Shown: piece by piece, positions 29,400-39,135 of the stretch
Layout: the number at the start of each line of letters is the position of its first letter
Numbering within the stretch: the stretch's first letter is position 1
IMG/VR virus record: IMGVR_UViG_3300025645_000053
Span: 1-64,000 of that record
DNA from: a virus
Direction: 5' to 3' (one strand)
Length of the DNA stretch: 64,000 bases
The notes under the pieces: generated by a model
What the model saw: the letters and a program-made list of their open reading frames with translations, nothing else
Told to the model about the DNA's origin: nothing
Databases searched by the model: none
Translations under genes and position numbers: made by a program

Positions 29400-29612
29400 G
29401 CCTCTCCTGCTACCGACTTTGTCTAAGGTAAAGCCAATCGCTATCTTCGGACGTGATGTTCCCTTAGTTGAGGTAAGCACACTGCGAGAAAATGCCACAG
29501 AGATTGGTCTGAATCTGTGGAGATGGCCGTTTAGGACTGAGATTGTAAGTCATATGTGTACAGTATGCTGATAATGAGGATAAGGGTTATAATGACCGTC
29601 TCCCTCAACTTT
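29400..29612 (+). ncRNA. Candidate structured non-coding RNA
   Basis: GC-richer ORF-free gap; GTTGAGG/CCTCAAC closing stem, CCACAGA/TCTGTGG hairpin, GATGGCCGTT/AATGACCGTC stem. Confidence 0.45.
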
Positions 29613-29634
29613 TAATTAATTATTGGAGTATTAA

Positions 29635-30054
29635 ATGAGTAAAGATTGGTGTAAAGACATTGCTGAAATGCACGAGAAATATAAAGTTCGCGGTTGGGTA
29701 GCAAACAATCCTGAGAAACTTAAAGAGTTTTTGGCGTTTCGTATCATGTTTTTAGAAGAAGAACTTAATGAAACATATGCCGCGCTTGAAGCAAAAGATG
29801 CTGAAGAGCTTGTAGACGGTTTGATTGATTTGTGTGTTGTCGCAATTGGTACGCTTGATGCGTTCGCTATCGACCCATACAAAGCTTGGGACAGAGTTCT
29901 TAAAGCCAATATGGCAAAAGAAGTTGGTCAGAAAGCTACGCGACCTAACGCACTTGGTCTTCCTGATTTGATAAAGCCGACAATGGAATCGCACGGTTAT
30001 GATTGGACTGCACCATCGCATGAAGGTAATCACGGTTTGTTCACTAAGATATAG
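29635..30054 (+). CDS. MazG/PRA-PH-like all-alpha NTP pyrophosphohydrolase (candidate dCTPase/dUTPase)
   Basis: EEELNE...ELVDGLID acidic metal-binding pattern. Confidence 0.8.
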   Translation: MSKDWCKDIAEMHEKYKVRGWVANNPEKLKEFLAFRIMFLEEELNETYAALEAKDAEELVDGLIDLCVVAIGTLDAFAIDPYKAWDRVLKANMAKEVGQKATRPNALGLPDLIKPTMESHGYDWTAPSHEGNHGLFTKI

Positions 30055-30153
30055 CCATATTCTTTTAAGTTCTAATAAACTTATTGACATGGAAGTCAAT
30101 ACTTGATATAATAGTACCATAAATTGATAACAACTATTTGGAAATATTATATT

Positions 30154-30435
30154 ATGACTACTCGCTCAAACGCTTATATCACCACTCTTGACCCAACTTC
30201 AACTGACGACATGGCAATACTTGCCAAAATCCGCGCACGTGTTACTGCCGCAAATAAAAGATCTTTAAAACAACAACGTGTTTGCGTTCGCGGCCGTAAG
30301 CCTATAACTAAAAAGACAATTACTAACTTCTGGACTGGCCACACAAGCACTGTTGGTTTTGACCACGGTGGCAATGTTGTTGGTGGCCTTGCCAATGCTT
30401 CTTCACTTGATGTTTACATTTACGCGCGTCGTTAA
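30154..30435 (+). CDS. Early hypothetical basic protein
   Basis: ORF behind a promoter cassette. Confidence 0.7.
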   Translation: MTTRSNAYITTLDPTSTDDMAILAKIRARVTAANKRSLKQQRVCVRGRKPITKKTITNFWTGHTSTVGFDHGGNVVGGLANASSLDVYIYARR

Positions 30436-30449
30436 TTGGAAATTATATT

Positions 30450-30905
30450 ATGAAAAATTTATTGAAAAATACTACATATTTGGGTTCTCTTTCTATAGAT
30501 GGCAAAAGGTTAAAGTTTTCACGTGCATTAAACATGGCACGCTGTAACGTTATTGCTATGGGCGACGTTGTCTATTTCATGTGTATTAAAAACAAAATCC
30601 ATAAAATAGGTATTGCTGGCGGTGAAACCGGCTGGGAAAGTCGGGTTAATATGTACAGTAAAGGTGAAACCGAAGGGGGTGATGCTACTAATCGCCGTAT
30701 ATTTAAAGAATTGCGCGAAATGTGCGAAACTAATATTGACATTTACGCAGTTTCCGCTCCTCGCCAAAAGATTGTATTGACATGTCCCATTAAAGGTGAT
30801 ATAATAGAACATTATGTACAAACTCATCGCGCAGTTGAACTCAGTTTAACTCAGCAGTATATCAAAAGCGGCGGGGAGTTAAGATTCTGCCGCCAACTCA
30901 ACTAA
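30450..30905 (+). CDS. GIY-YIG nuclease, endonuclease II (DenA)-like
   Basis: VVYFM...KIG...SRVNMY...DATN, conserved E; single-domain size. Confidence 0.6.
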   Translation: MKNLLKNTTYLGSLSIDGKRLKFSRALNMARCNVIAMGDVVYFMCIKNKIHKIGIAGGETGWESRVNMYSKGETEGGDATNRRIFKELREMCETNIDIYAVSAPRQKIVLTCPIKGDIIEHYVQTHRAVELSLTQQYIKSGGELRFCRQLN

Positions 30906-30915
30906 GGAAACCACT

Positions 30916-31383
30916 ATGACTGAAAGATCATCAGTAAAAGTATTACAAGAATGCATTGAATTGCAGACCGCAAAGTCTCGTGATTATCAAAACGCTAAAT
31001 CGACCGTTCGTCAAGCTGACTATTATCCGCATGGCGTAAATACCATTATGGATATTATTCATGCTAAAACCCTTCGTATACGTTCTGTTATCGAAGCAAT
31101 GGAAAATGATCCTGATTATAAACCTAACTTTGAGTCGATGGAAGATTCACTTAAAGACATGATTAACTATGCTTCGTTTGCAGTTGCTTATTCACGTGGT
31201 GAAGTTGACGGCCAGTCTACCGATCGCGATTTCTTAAACCGTCAACTTAATGCGCCTGTATCTGATTCTGAGCCGTCTACTCTTTTAAAACCATTTACTG
31301 ATGAAGATATAGACGCTATGAATATGTTTCCAACGCATTCTTATGAAATTTTAAAAAATAACTGTGAAGAGCAGATGATATGA
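30916..31383 (+). CDS. Nucleotide-modification-associated domain protein (Nmad1/DUF1599-like)
   Basis: KSRDY, KTLRI, ESMEDSLKDMINYA; coupled to the dCMP hydroxymethylase gene. Confidence 0.75.
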   Translation: MTERSSVKVLQECIELQTAKSRDYQNAKSTVRQADYYPHGVNTIMDIIHAKTLRIRSVIEAMENDPDYKPNFESMEDSLKDMINYASFAVAYSRGEVDGQSTDRDFLNRQLNAPVSDSEPSTLLKPFTDEDIDAMNMFPTHSYEILKNNCEEQMI

Positions 31384-32126
31384 ATATAGATGACATACGC
31401 GACCATTTCGTTGATGAACTTGAATGGCACCAAGAAACAATTGATCGTGGTGGTAATAAGACGCTTGAAATGGTTGGTGCAAGTTTTATTGCTGACGATC
31501 CATGTATCTTCGGTACGCCTAATACTGAATACATTGACGCTGAGATCCGTTGGTATTTAACACAATCAACTAATGTTGGTACGCTTGCAAATATTTATGG
31601 CAAAACACCAGTTGCTTGGCAGGCAACCGCAAATCTTTATGGTGAAATAAACTCTAACTATGGCCATCTAATATTTGCTGAAAAGTTCCATAACCAATTC
31701 AAACAATGCTTAAATGAGTTAAAGGGTAATCCGTTTTCGCGTCGTGCTATCATGGTTTATAACCGTCCGTCTATTTGGATTGAATATAACGAAAACTCTA
31801 AAAACGATTTCATATGTACTAATGCGGTATCATATTACATTCGTGATAATATGTTACAAGCTGTAGTTCAAATGAGAAGTAATGATTGTTGGGCAGGTTA
31901 TAGAAATGACTATGCGTGGCAAATGTACGTAATGGAATTGCTTAAAGACAATTATAATGAGTCAACTAATTCAGATATTAAAATAGGCAACCTTCATTGG
32001 CAAGTACAAAATTTGCACGTCTATGAGAGAAACTTTTACTTAGTTGATCATTATAGTAAAACTGGTGAACACCATATATCAAAATCTGATTACATATCAA
32101 CGTATCCTAAAAGTGAGTATATCTAA
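31380..32126 (+). CDS. 42: dCMP hydroxymethylase (gp42-like, thymidylate synthase fold)
   Basis: INSNYG, DFICTN (catalytic Cys), MRSND, GYRNDYAW (Asp typical of dCMP specificity), LHVYERNF. Confidence 0.9.
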   Translation: MNIDDIRDHFVDELEWHQETIDRGGNKTLEMVGASFIADDPCIFGTPNTEYIDAEIRWYLTQSTNVGTLANIYGKTPVAWQATANLYGEINSNYGHLIFAEKFHNQFKQCLNELKGNPFSRRAIMVYNRPSIWIEYNENSKNDFICTNAVSYYIRDNMLQAVVQMRSNDCWAGYRNDYAWQMYVMELLKDNYNESTNSDIKIGNLHWQVQNLHVYERNFYLVDHYSKTGEHHISKSDYISTYPKSEYI

Positions 32127-32569
32127 TGAGCAGTCTTTGGAACGAACGGTTTCTAGCGTTAGCACGTGAAGTAAGCACTTGGTCCAAAGACCCATCAACT
32201 AAAATCGGAGCGGTTGCAGTACGTGACCGCCAGATTCTTTCGGTGGGTTATAACGGGTTCCCACGTGGAGTTGAAGACACTGCCGAACGTTTAAACAACC
32301 GTGAAACAAAATACAAATATGTAGTTCATGCAGAACAGAACCTTATATACAATGCTGTTAATAATGGCGTCAGTTTAAAGAATTCTGCTTTATATGTTTG
32401 GGGACTACCCGTTTGTAGCGAATGTGCAAAGGGAGTTATTCAAGCAGGTTTCTCAAAAGTTTATTGGGCAACCGATTCTAATAAAACTATTGACAAACGA
32501 TGGGAAGTATTATATAATAGTACTGTTGAAATGTTTAATGAAGTTGGAATAGAAGTATATGCCTTATAA
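32126..32569 (+). CDS. cd: dCMP deaminase
   Basis: SKDPSTKIGA, GYNGFPRG, HAEQN, CSEC. Confidence 0.93.
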   Translation: MSSLWNERFLALAREVSTWSKDPSTKIGAVAVRDRQILSVGYNGFPRGVEDTAERLNNRETKYKYVVHAEQNLIYNAVNNGVSLKNSALYVWGLPVCSECAKGVIQAGFSKVYWATDSNKTIDKRWEVLYNSTVEMFNEVGIEVYAL

Positions 32570-32909
32570 TGGAAACACTCTTGTAGTTGATTTTGATGAT
32601 ACGCTTTGCATACATCCACATGATGACAAGTCTAACATCGCTTGCGGTAAACCAAATTACGATCTTATAAGTGAAATTAATAGGCTCTTCGATAAGGGCT
32701 TTGACATATTCATATATACTGCACGCGGTCACTTCAGCGCCGACAATCGAGCTGACGCTGAACATAAATACCGTAATGTTATTGAAGTATGGCTAATGGA
32801 ACATTCTGTTAGTTACACAAAGCTTTCGTTTGATAAGCCTTATGCAGTTTATTACATTGATGATAAAGCAATAAGGCCAGATGAACTATACTTATTGGAG
32901 AAGTTATGA
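32559..32909 (+). CDS. Capless HAD-family phosphatase
   Basis: DFDDT, YTARG, KP, YIDDKA. Confidence 0.88.
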   Translation: MPYNGNTLVVDFDDTLCIHPHDDKSNIACGKPNYDLISEINRLFDKGFDIFIYTARGHFSADNRADAEHKYRNVIEVWLMEHSVSYTKLSFDKPYAVYYIDDKAIRPDELYLLEKL

Positions 32910-34432
32910 TTGGCATAATACCTGCTGCAGGTCGCGGCGTAAGATTCAAAGAACTTGGTAAACAATACAGTAAAACCATTTTACCGTATAAAGAAGTACC
33001 TATCCTCATTCATCAAATTAAATGGCTAGAGGATTCTGGCTGTAACGATATTAGAGTTGTAGTAAACCATCAAGAAGAAACTGTACACGATATGTTGGCG
33101 ATGTATGGAAAGACTCAAGTTAAAGTTGTACGTCAACAAGAACACAATGGTTTATCAGGTGCTATCTTTGCGGCTTTAAAACCAGAAGATAACGATTCGG
33201 TATTGATTGTCCTTGGTGATATTGTTGTTAAGTCGGATGCGTCTAAATATTTCAATGAAAACTTTGTGTCTGTCATTGAAGTAGAAGACTATGCTAGATG
33301 GTGTATGGTTCAAACATCAGCGAATAAGATTTCTACATTTATTGATAAACCTACGGAACGGCCTGATACCAATCTTGCTTTAAGCGGTGTATATCATATT
33401 CTCGATTCGGTTAACTTATATGAGTTATTACGTGAGCAATTGCAACATGAAGAAACTAAGATCGCAGGCGAATTTCAGTTAAGTGGTGTTTTACAATCAA
33501 TTGCTGATTGGGATCATATGATAACTGTGTCACTTGGGCATATTGACTTTGGGACTCTTGAAGAATACTTAAGTAATCGTTCAGTTAAAAACTCAAGATC
33601 TTTTAATAATTTGTACGTCGATGATGTAACGGTTCGAAAGTCGTCTGAAACACATGGACAGAAATTAATAGAAGAATTCAATTGGTATAATAACTTGCCC
33701 ATGGGACTTACATTAAACACGCCAAGAATGCTGTCACACGAGTTCTTTGATCCGCATCAATGCGTATGTTACGTAATGGAAAAGATATTGGCACCAACGT
33801 TCCGCGAAATATATTTGTTTCTTGATACTTCAACCGAAACTTGGAGAACAATCTTCAATTCATCGTTTAGGCTATTGAACAAGATGGAGTCATATGGACA
33901 ACCTAACAACTTTATGGACACGGTTGTTAAAAAGACGGTTTCACGGGTAAACGATATTAATCTTGCAATTAATCACGACATAATAAACAAATTCATTATA
34001 ACATTAGAAGACGCTGTTGCTAAACATGAGCATGTACCAACATTAATGCACGGCGACTTTTGCTTTAGCAATCTGATGTACGATTTCAATTCTGACCGTG
34101 TTACTATGATAGATCCAAGAGGTCAGCTATTTGGCGATCATTATTACGAAGTAGCTAAGTTGATGCATTCAGCGGTATATAATTATGATATCATTGATTC
34201 TGAACTCTATGTTAAAAACGGTAATGATGTTCGTTTGTATTCAAAGGGTAAAGAAGAGGTTGCGGCTGAGTTCATGCGCATTCTAAAGAATAATTACAGC
34301 GATGAAGATATTCGTTACATTAAGATTATTGTTGCCAGTTTGTTCTTAAGCATGATACCTTTACATTCGCACAGTAAAACTAACCAAGAACAATATTATA
34401 AAATATTTAAAGATATCTATTTACATTTATAG
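32906..34432 (+). CDS. Sugar nucleotidyltransferase fused to an APH/choline-kinase-fold kinase
   Basis: GIIPAAGRGVRF...K, LGD, DFGT; C-terminal HGDFCFSN, IDPRG. Confidence 0.88.
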   Translation: MIGIIPAAGRGVRFKELGKQYSKTILPYKEVPILIHQIKWLEDSGCNDIRVVVNHQEETVHDMLAMYGKTQVKVVRQQEHNGLSGAIFAALKPEDNDSVLIVLGDIVVKSDASKYFNENFVSVIEVEDYARWCMVQTSANKISTFIDKPTERPDTNLALSGVYHILDSVNLYELLREQLQHEETKIAGEFQLSGVLQSIADWDHMITVSLGHIDFGTLEEYLSNRSVKNSRSFNNLYVDDVTVRKSSETHGQKLIEEFNWYNNLPMGLTLNTPRMLSHEFFDPHQCVCYVMEKILAPTFREIYLFLDTSTETWRTIFNSSFRLLNKMESYGQPNNFMDTVVKKTVSRVNDINLAINHDIINKFIITLEDAVAKHEHVPTLMHGDFCFSNLMYDFNSDRVTMIDPRGQLFGDHYYEVAKLMHSAVYNYDIIDSELYVKNGNDVRLYSKGKEEVAAEFMRILKNNYSDEDIRYIKIIVASLFLSMIPLHSHSKTNQEQYYKIFKDIYLHL

Positions 34433-34477
34433 TAAAATTTGATATAATAGCTATCTAATCAACTAAGGGGGAACATT

Positions 34478-35722
34478 ATGGGTCGCACGTACGTGATCGG
34501 GAAGATCGGCAAGTCTATAAAATTTAAGCCTAGCACGTGGGGTGCTATCGGCGGAGATAATGAAGCACCCACACTATATCTTAAGTTAGCTGAACTTAAT
34601 CCTGATGATACTTTTATCATGATAGGCAAAAGCGATCTTTATAAGATGCGTGGCTTGCCCACAAATCTTCATGATGCCTGGGCACATTACACGAAAGGTG
34701 AATCTGATGCCATAGCGTTTATAACTAATCATCTGAAGAATACTAAGGTTGATGCTGGAATTATGGTAGCTGGTCCAACTGGCGACGTAAACTTTCAAGA
34801 AAGGATATACACTCTATCTTCGATTAAAGCAGGTAAACCACAACTAGCCAAAACTCTGTTTATGCACGAGAATTACAGCGGTCCTATTTATGATTATCTT
34901 AATGATAGCATGATACCTTGGATAATGATTAACAATGATCCGCGGTATTTAAAGCTTGGCCGAGATATGTTTAATATGCCAAAAGAAATACTTTCACAAT
35001 ACGATTCAGCTAAATTGTATCGTCACATATCTTCATATGAAGACCAAACTCTGTTAGTCGATCATCGAGTACAATATAAGTATGCTGGTGTAGAAAAAGT
35101 CTTTCTTATTAATAAAGAATTGGTTAATATCGAAAAGACTAAGAAGTTTATGGTAGTTCTTAATGAAGGAAGTAATGGTGTTAGTTCGCGCTATAACAAG
35201 TTAAAAGAATATGTACTTGACCACGTTGAGGACGTTGATATTTATGGCAAATGGGATGAAGACACTGTAAAAGGCGATAAGCGCTTTAAAGGGTCGATTA
35301 AGTTTGAGGAACTGCAGCAGATGTTACCTGAGGTCAAATATTCCTTTATGATATCTATTCGAGACGGTTGGGTTACAATGAAAGTTTGGGAATTGATTAG
35401 CAATGGTATTATACCGTTCTTGCATCCAAATTATGACGACCAACACCATATTGCAGTACCCGAGTTTTTGAGACTTAGTAAACCTGAAGAGTTACACGAG
35501 CGCATTGAGCAACTTGAAAACGACCCTGTCTTATATAATAAGATATTACAGGAATGCCAATATCTTATTACACCAGATGATACAAGCGGCAAAGTATTAT
35601 GCGATAAGATTACTAGTACAATAAATAACTATCGAAGCTCTACTACAGGAACCAAATCTTATGATGAAGTTCTTCAAGAAATAGCCGATGATAGTAATGA
35701 TTTAACGCACTTCTTTGGATGA
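34478..35722 (+). CDS. GT-B glycosyltransferase (DNA beta-glucosyltransferase-like)
   Basis: NDPR, IYGKW, TMKVWE..GIIPF; locus context. Confidence 0.75.
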   Translation: MGRTYVIGKIGKSIKFKPSTWGAIGGDNEAPTLYLKLAELNPDDTFIMIGKSDLYKMRGLPTNLHDAWAHYTKGESDAIAFITNHLKNTKVDAGIMVAGPTGDVNFQERIYTLSSIKAGKPQLAKTLFMHENYSGPIYDYLNDSMIPWIMINNDPRYLKLGRDMFNMPKEILSQYDSAKLYRHISSYEDQTLLVDHRVQYKYAGVEKVFLINKELVNIEKTKKFMVVLNEGSNGVSSRYNKLKEYVLDHVEDVDIYGKWDEDTVKGDKRFKGSIKFEELQQMLPEVKYSFMISIRDGWVTMKVWELISNGIIPFLHPNYDDQHHIAVPEFLRLSKPEELHERIEQLENDPVLYNKILQECQYLITPDDTSGKVLCDKITSTINNYRSSTTGTKSYDEVLQEIADDSNDLTHFFG

Positions 35723-36954
35723 TTAATAAAATGAAAAATGATTATAGTTGGGCCCCTCACATACCGCTTATTGGCGGCCTCCCACTTGGCGCAGAAGCAG
35801 CACTAGGTAAAGCACCTAAATTTGTATCAAGTCTTGATGGGTTTTGGGCTAATGATAGTCTTTATATGAACCATCAGAACGAAACGCTGTCTCGTGGAAT
35901 AGACTACCGACCTTTAGACCCAGGCGAACGCAGTTTTGTTGAAAAGGTTAACATTGTTGTATCAACACCACCATGCGCAGGTTTATCACAATTGAATACT
36001 GGTAAAGCTAACTCTGCAGCAAAAGGTGCTGATGCCGAAAAGAATCAGTTTATGTACATCGCGGCTGAACAGGCAATGAAGTGTTATGATGCCGATGTAA
36101 TCGTTGGCGAGAATGCTCCTGCGCTATATACAAATAAAGGAAAGCCAGTTGCGGATAAGCTTTTACAAATTGCACGTGATAATGGGTATTCTTTCTCATT
36201 GTATAAAACAACTACCTCTTTACATGGTATTCCTCAGAATCGCGACCGTACGTTCTACACATTTTGGAAAGGCGATAAAGCACCAATTCAATCATGGTTT
36301 AACGAATCACGTAAAAACTTCCCTGATTACTTGAAAGAAGTAACCAATGAAATGTCTCACCAAAGCGACATTATCAATGATAAAATCGGTACTGGCGAAT
36401 CGTATTATAACTTCATTCAGTATAAGAACCCTGGCGAAAATCCTCGTGATATTGTGATTGCGAATAATTGCTCAACTGCATTCAATTATGTTAGGCGCGG
36501 TGGCTTCTTACAGGAAGCGATTGACTACTTTGAAGCGATTGATGATACAAAAGGCTTGCATTTAGCAACACATGCTAAAATGAAATTCTCTAAAGGCTTA
36601 GGCATTTGGGATGGTTCAACTCACGTATTCAATGAATGTATGAATGCATGTATCAGTCGTAACATGAATGATACAATTCATCCAGTGCATGACCGTTCAA
36701 TGACTATTCGCGAAGCATTACATATGATGGGCTTTCCGCATAACTTCAGTCTCCCTGGTGGAAAACGTAGTGTACCGTTTATTGCTCAAAACGTTCCGGT
36801 ATGTACTGCAGCGTCAATGGTCGGTGAAGCAGTTAAGTTTTTAAATGGCGAATTGGAATTATCTGATAGTGATTTTGTTAAACAAAACAATCATCATCAA
36901 CGAATAGATGCAGGCAATATTGCAACAAACACATTAGAACAATTCATTGCGTAA
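35719..36954 (+). CDS. Atypical C5-cytosine methyltransferase-fold protein
   Basis: PPC (IV), ENA (VI), QNRDR (VIII), TIRE..GFP (IX); divergent motif I (PLIGG) and motif X (AQNVP). Confidence 0.85.
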   Translation: MINKMKNDYSWAPHIPLIGGLPLGAEAALGKAPKFVSSLDGFWANDSLYMNHQNETLSRGIDYRPLDPGERSFVEKVNIVVSTPPCAGLSQLNTGKANSAAKGADAEKNQFMYIAAEQAMKCYDADVIVGENAPALYTNKGKPVADKLLQIARDNGYSFSLYKTTTSLHGIPQNRDRTFYTFWKGDKAPIQSWFNESRKNFPDYLKEVTNEMSHQSDIINDKIGTGESYYNFIQYKNPGENPRDIVIANNCSTAFNYVRRGGFLQEAIDYFEAIDDTKGLHLATHAKMKFSKGLGIWDGSTHVFNECMNACISRNMNDTIHPVHDRSMTIREALHMMGFPHNFSLPGGKRSVPFIAQNVPVCTAASMVGEAVKFLNGELELSDSDFVKQNNHHQRIDAGNIATNTLEQFIA

Positions 36955-37010
36955 ACCATTGACATCAATACAGAACTGTGATATAATTAATTGAATTGGA
37001 GTAATACACT

Positions 37011-37952
37011 ATGAAAATATCTTTAACTATATTTCAGTCTCTGTACGATAACAAAACTCATCGGCAGTTCACGGTTAGCGATTGGCCCGACTTCGTTGAG
37101 TTTTTATATACGCTATCTAAAAAACCGATAAAGTCAAAAACCGACGCAACACTGATTTCGCCTGCGGTATACAAGGAAGACCGTACTCGAAGTAATGATG
37201 CTGTTACGTGTTGGGGTGGTTGGGCAGCAATGGACGTTGACGCTCATGACTTTACAAATGAAGAACTTCAGGAAACGCTAAAAGCAAAATATGGTCAGTA
37301 CTCATATGTATGTTATAGTACAGCAAGTTCATCAATTAAAACCCCTAAGTTCCGCTTAGTATTCAAACTCGACAAAAGAATAGAAAGTCAAAAGATTCGC
37401 CAGCTTTGGTATGCACTTAATACTGAAATTGGTGAACTAGGCGATCGTCAAACAAAAGACTTAAGCCGCATGTATTATATTCCAGCAACATATGATAATG
37501 CAAATAACTTTATCTTTCATAATGACGGTAACACTATTCCTACTGAAGAAATAATCAATAAACATCCGCTACCATCACGCAAAACTGGTAAATCGTTTTT
37601 TGATAGAATGCCTGAGTCAATGCAAAAGATGTTTATTGAACATCGTAAAACTCAGCTGAGTAATACATCGTATAGGTGGAATAACTATTCGGATTGTCCG
37701 TTTCTATCAAAAAGAATGCTTGACTCATACCGAGCTACTACCTATCAAAAAGATTCAGGAAGATACATAAAAATGTACGAAGTTATGGTGCATGTCGCAT
37801 CAAATGCAATAAAGAAAGAATACCCAATAACTGGAGGAGAGATAGTAGATTTGTGTAAACAAATTGATATGGAAACTGGTAACCGCTATGCAAAACGTGC
37901 ATGGGATACCGAAGCAAACCGAGCAATTGAATATGCATATAGAAATAATTGA
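37011..37952 (+). CDS. Primase-polymerase-like (AEP) protein
   Basis: AMDVD, YSTASS, KFRLVF, DLSRMYYIP. Confidence 0.65.
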   Translation: MKISLTIFQSLYDNKTHRQFTVSDWPDFVEFLYTLSKKPIKSKTDATLISPAVYKEDRTRSNDAVTCWGGWAAMDVDAHDFTNEELQETLKAKYGQYSYVCYSTASSSIKTPKFRLVFKLDKRIESQKIRQLWYALNTEIGELGDRQTKDLSRMYYIPATYDNANNFIFHNDGNTIPTEEIINKHPLPSRKTGKSFFDRMPESMQKMFIEHRKTQLSNTSYRWNNYSDCPFLSKRMLDSYRATTYQKDSGRYIKMYEVMVHVASNAIKKEYPITGGEIVDLCKQIDMETGNRYAKRAWDTEANRAIEYAYRNN

Positions 37953-38012
37953 TTGACATTCATGTGTGTTTTTGATATAATAGATCTAAATTAATAAAAG
38001 AGGTTTTACTTT

Positions 38013-39065
38013 ATGAGTCTGATGGCAAAATTAAAAAAGAGTAGTCGAATCAAAGAAACTGAGATTCTTTCAGAGTCAAAACTATTCAATGAAATGGAAA
38101 TGACACCAACCGATGTTCCTATGATGAACGTTGCGTTAGCAGGTGGCCTTGAGGGCGGTATATCGCCAGGGTTAACGGTTTTTGCAGGACCAAGCAAACA
38201 CTTTAAGACAAGTTTCTCATTAAAGATTGCGGCTGCATATCTTGCTGAGCATAAAGACTCGGTAATGATGTTTTATGACTCAGAGTTTGGCTCACCGCAA
38301 TCGTACTTCGAATCGTTTGGCATTGACTTAGATCGAGTTTTACATGTCCCTATCACTGATGTTGAAGAACTTAAATTCGATTTAATACATCAACTTGAAA
38401 ACATTGAAAAGAAAGACAAAGTTATTATCGTAATTGATTCTATCGGTAACCTTGCATCTAAGAAAGAATTGCAAGATGCTAAAGACGCTAAATCAGTTGC
38501 TGATATGTCGCGTGCAAAAGCACTTAAAGGCTTATTCCGTATGGCAACTCCGTATCTTACAATGCGTAATATTCCAATGCTAGCTATTAACCATACTTAT
38601 CAGGAAATGGGTTTGTTTCCAAAGGCTATTGTTAGTGGTGGTACTGGTATTTACTATAGCGCATCAACTATTTGGATACTAGGTCGCCGTCAACAAAAAA
38701 CCGGTACTGAAGTAACAGGCTATGAATTCGTCATTAACGTTGAGAAGTCTCGTTATGTTAAAGAGAAGTCAAAGATACCAATTACCGTTACTTGGGAAGG
38801 CGGCATTGAAACTTACTCAGGATTGATTGACGTAGCAATGGCTGGTAACTTTGTACAGAAACCTAAGAACGGTTGGTATGCAATTGTTGATCGTGAAACT
38901 GGTGAACTAGGTCCAAACAAACGTCTTAAAGATACTATGAACGCCGAGTTTTGGGATCCATTATTATCATTAACGGCCTTCCAAGAATTTATACGTGGAG
39001 TATATAAAATTGGTTATAAGTCTACTTTAACTGAAGAGTTCTTAGGTAATACAGTTCAAGAATAA
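38013..39065 (+). CDS. uvsX: RecA-like recombinase UvsX
   Basis: AGPSKHFKT, YDSEFG, IDSIGNLAS. Confidence 0.97.
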   Translation: MSLMAKLKKSSRIKETEILSESKLFNEMEMTPTDVPMMNVALAGGLEGGISPGLTVFAGPSKHFKTSFSLKIAAAYLAEHKDSVMMFYDSEFGSPQSYFESFGIDLDRVLHVPITDVEELKFDLIHQLENIEKKDKVIIVIDSIGNLASKKELQDAKDAKSVADMSRAKALKGLFRMATPYLTMRNIPMLAINHTYQEMGLFPKAIVSGGTGIYYSASTIWILGRRQQKTGTEVTGYEFVINVEKSRYVKEKSKIPITVTWEGGIETYSGLIDVAMAGNFVQKPKNGWYAIVDRETGELGPNKRLKDTMNAEFWDPLLSLTAFQEFIRGVYKIGYKSTLTEEFLGNTVQE

Positions 39066-39135
39066 AACTAAAATAACTATTGACATCGACAGGGAAGTCG
39101 GATATAATAGTATATTACGAATTGGGGATACGCTA

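Noticed and set aside
29400-29612. tRNA or hammerhead ribozyme
   Set aside because: No cloverleaf or T-loop is visible, and CTGATAATGAG does not match the CUGANGA core with a matching GAAA. No tRNA was recognised anywhere in the window.
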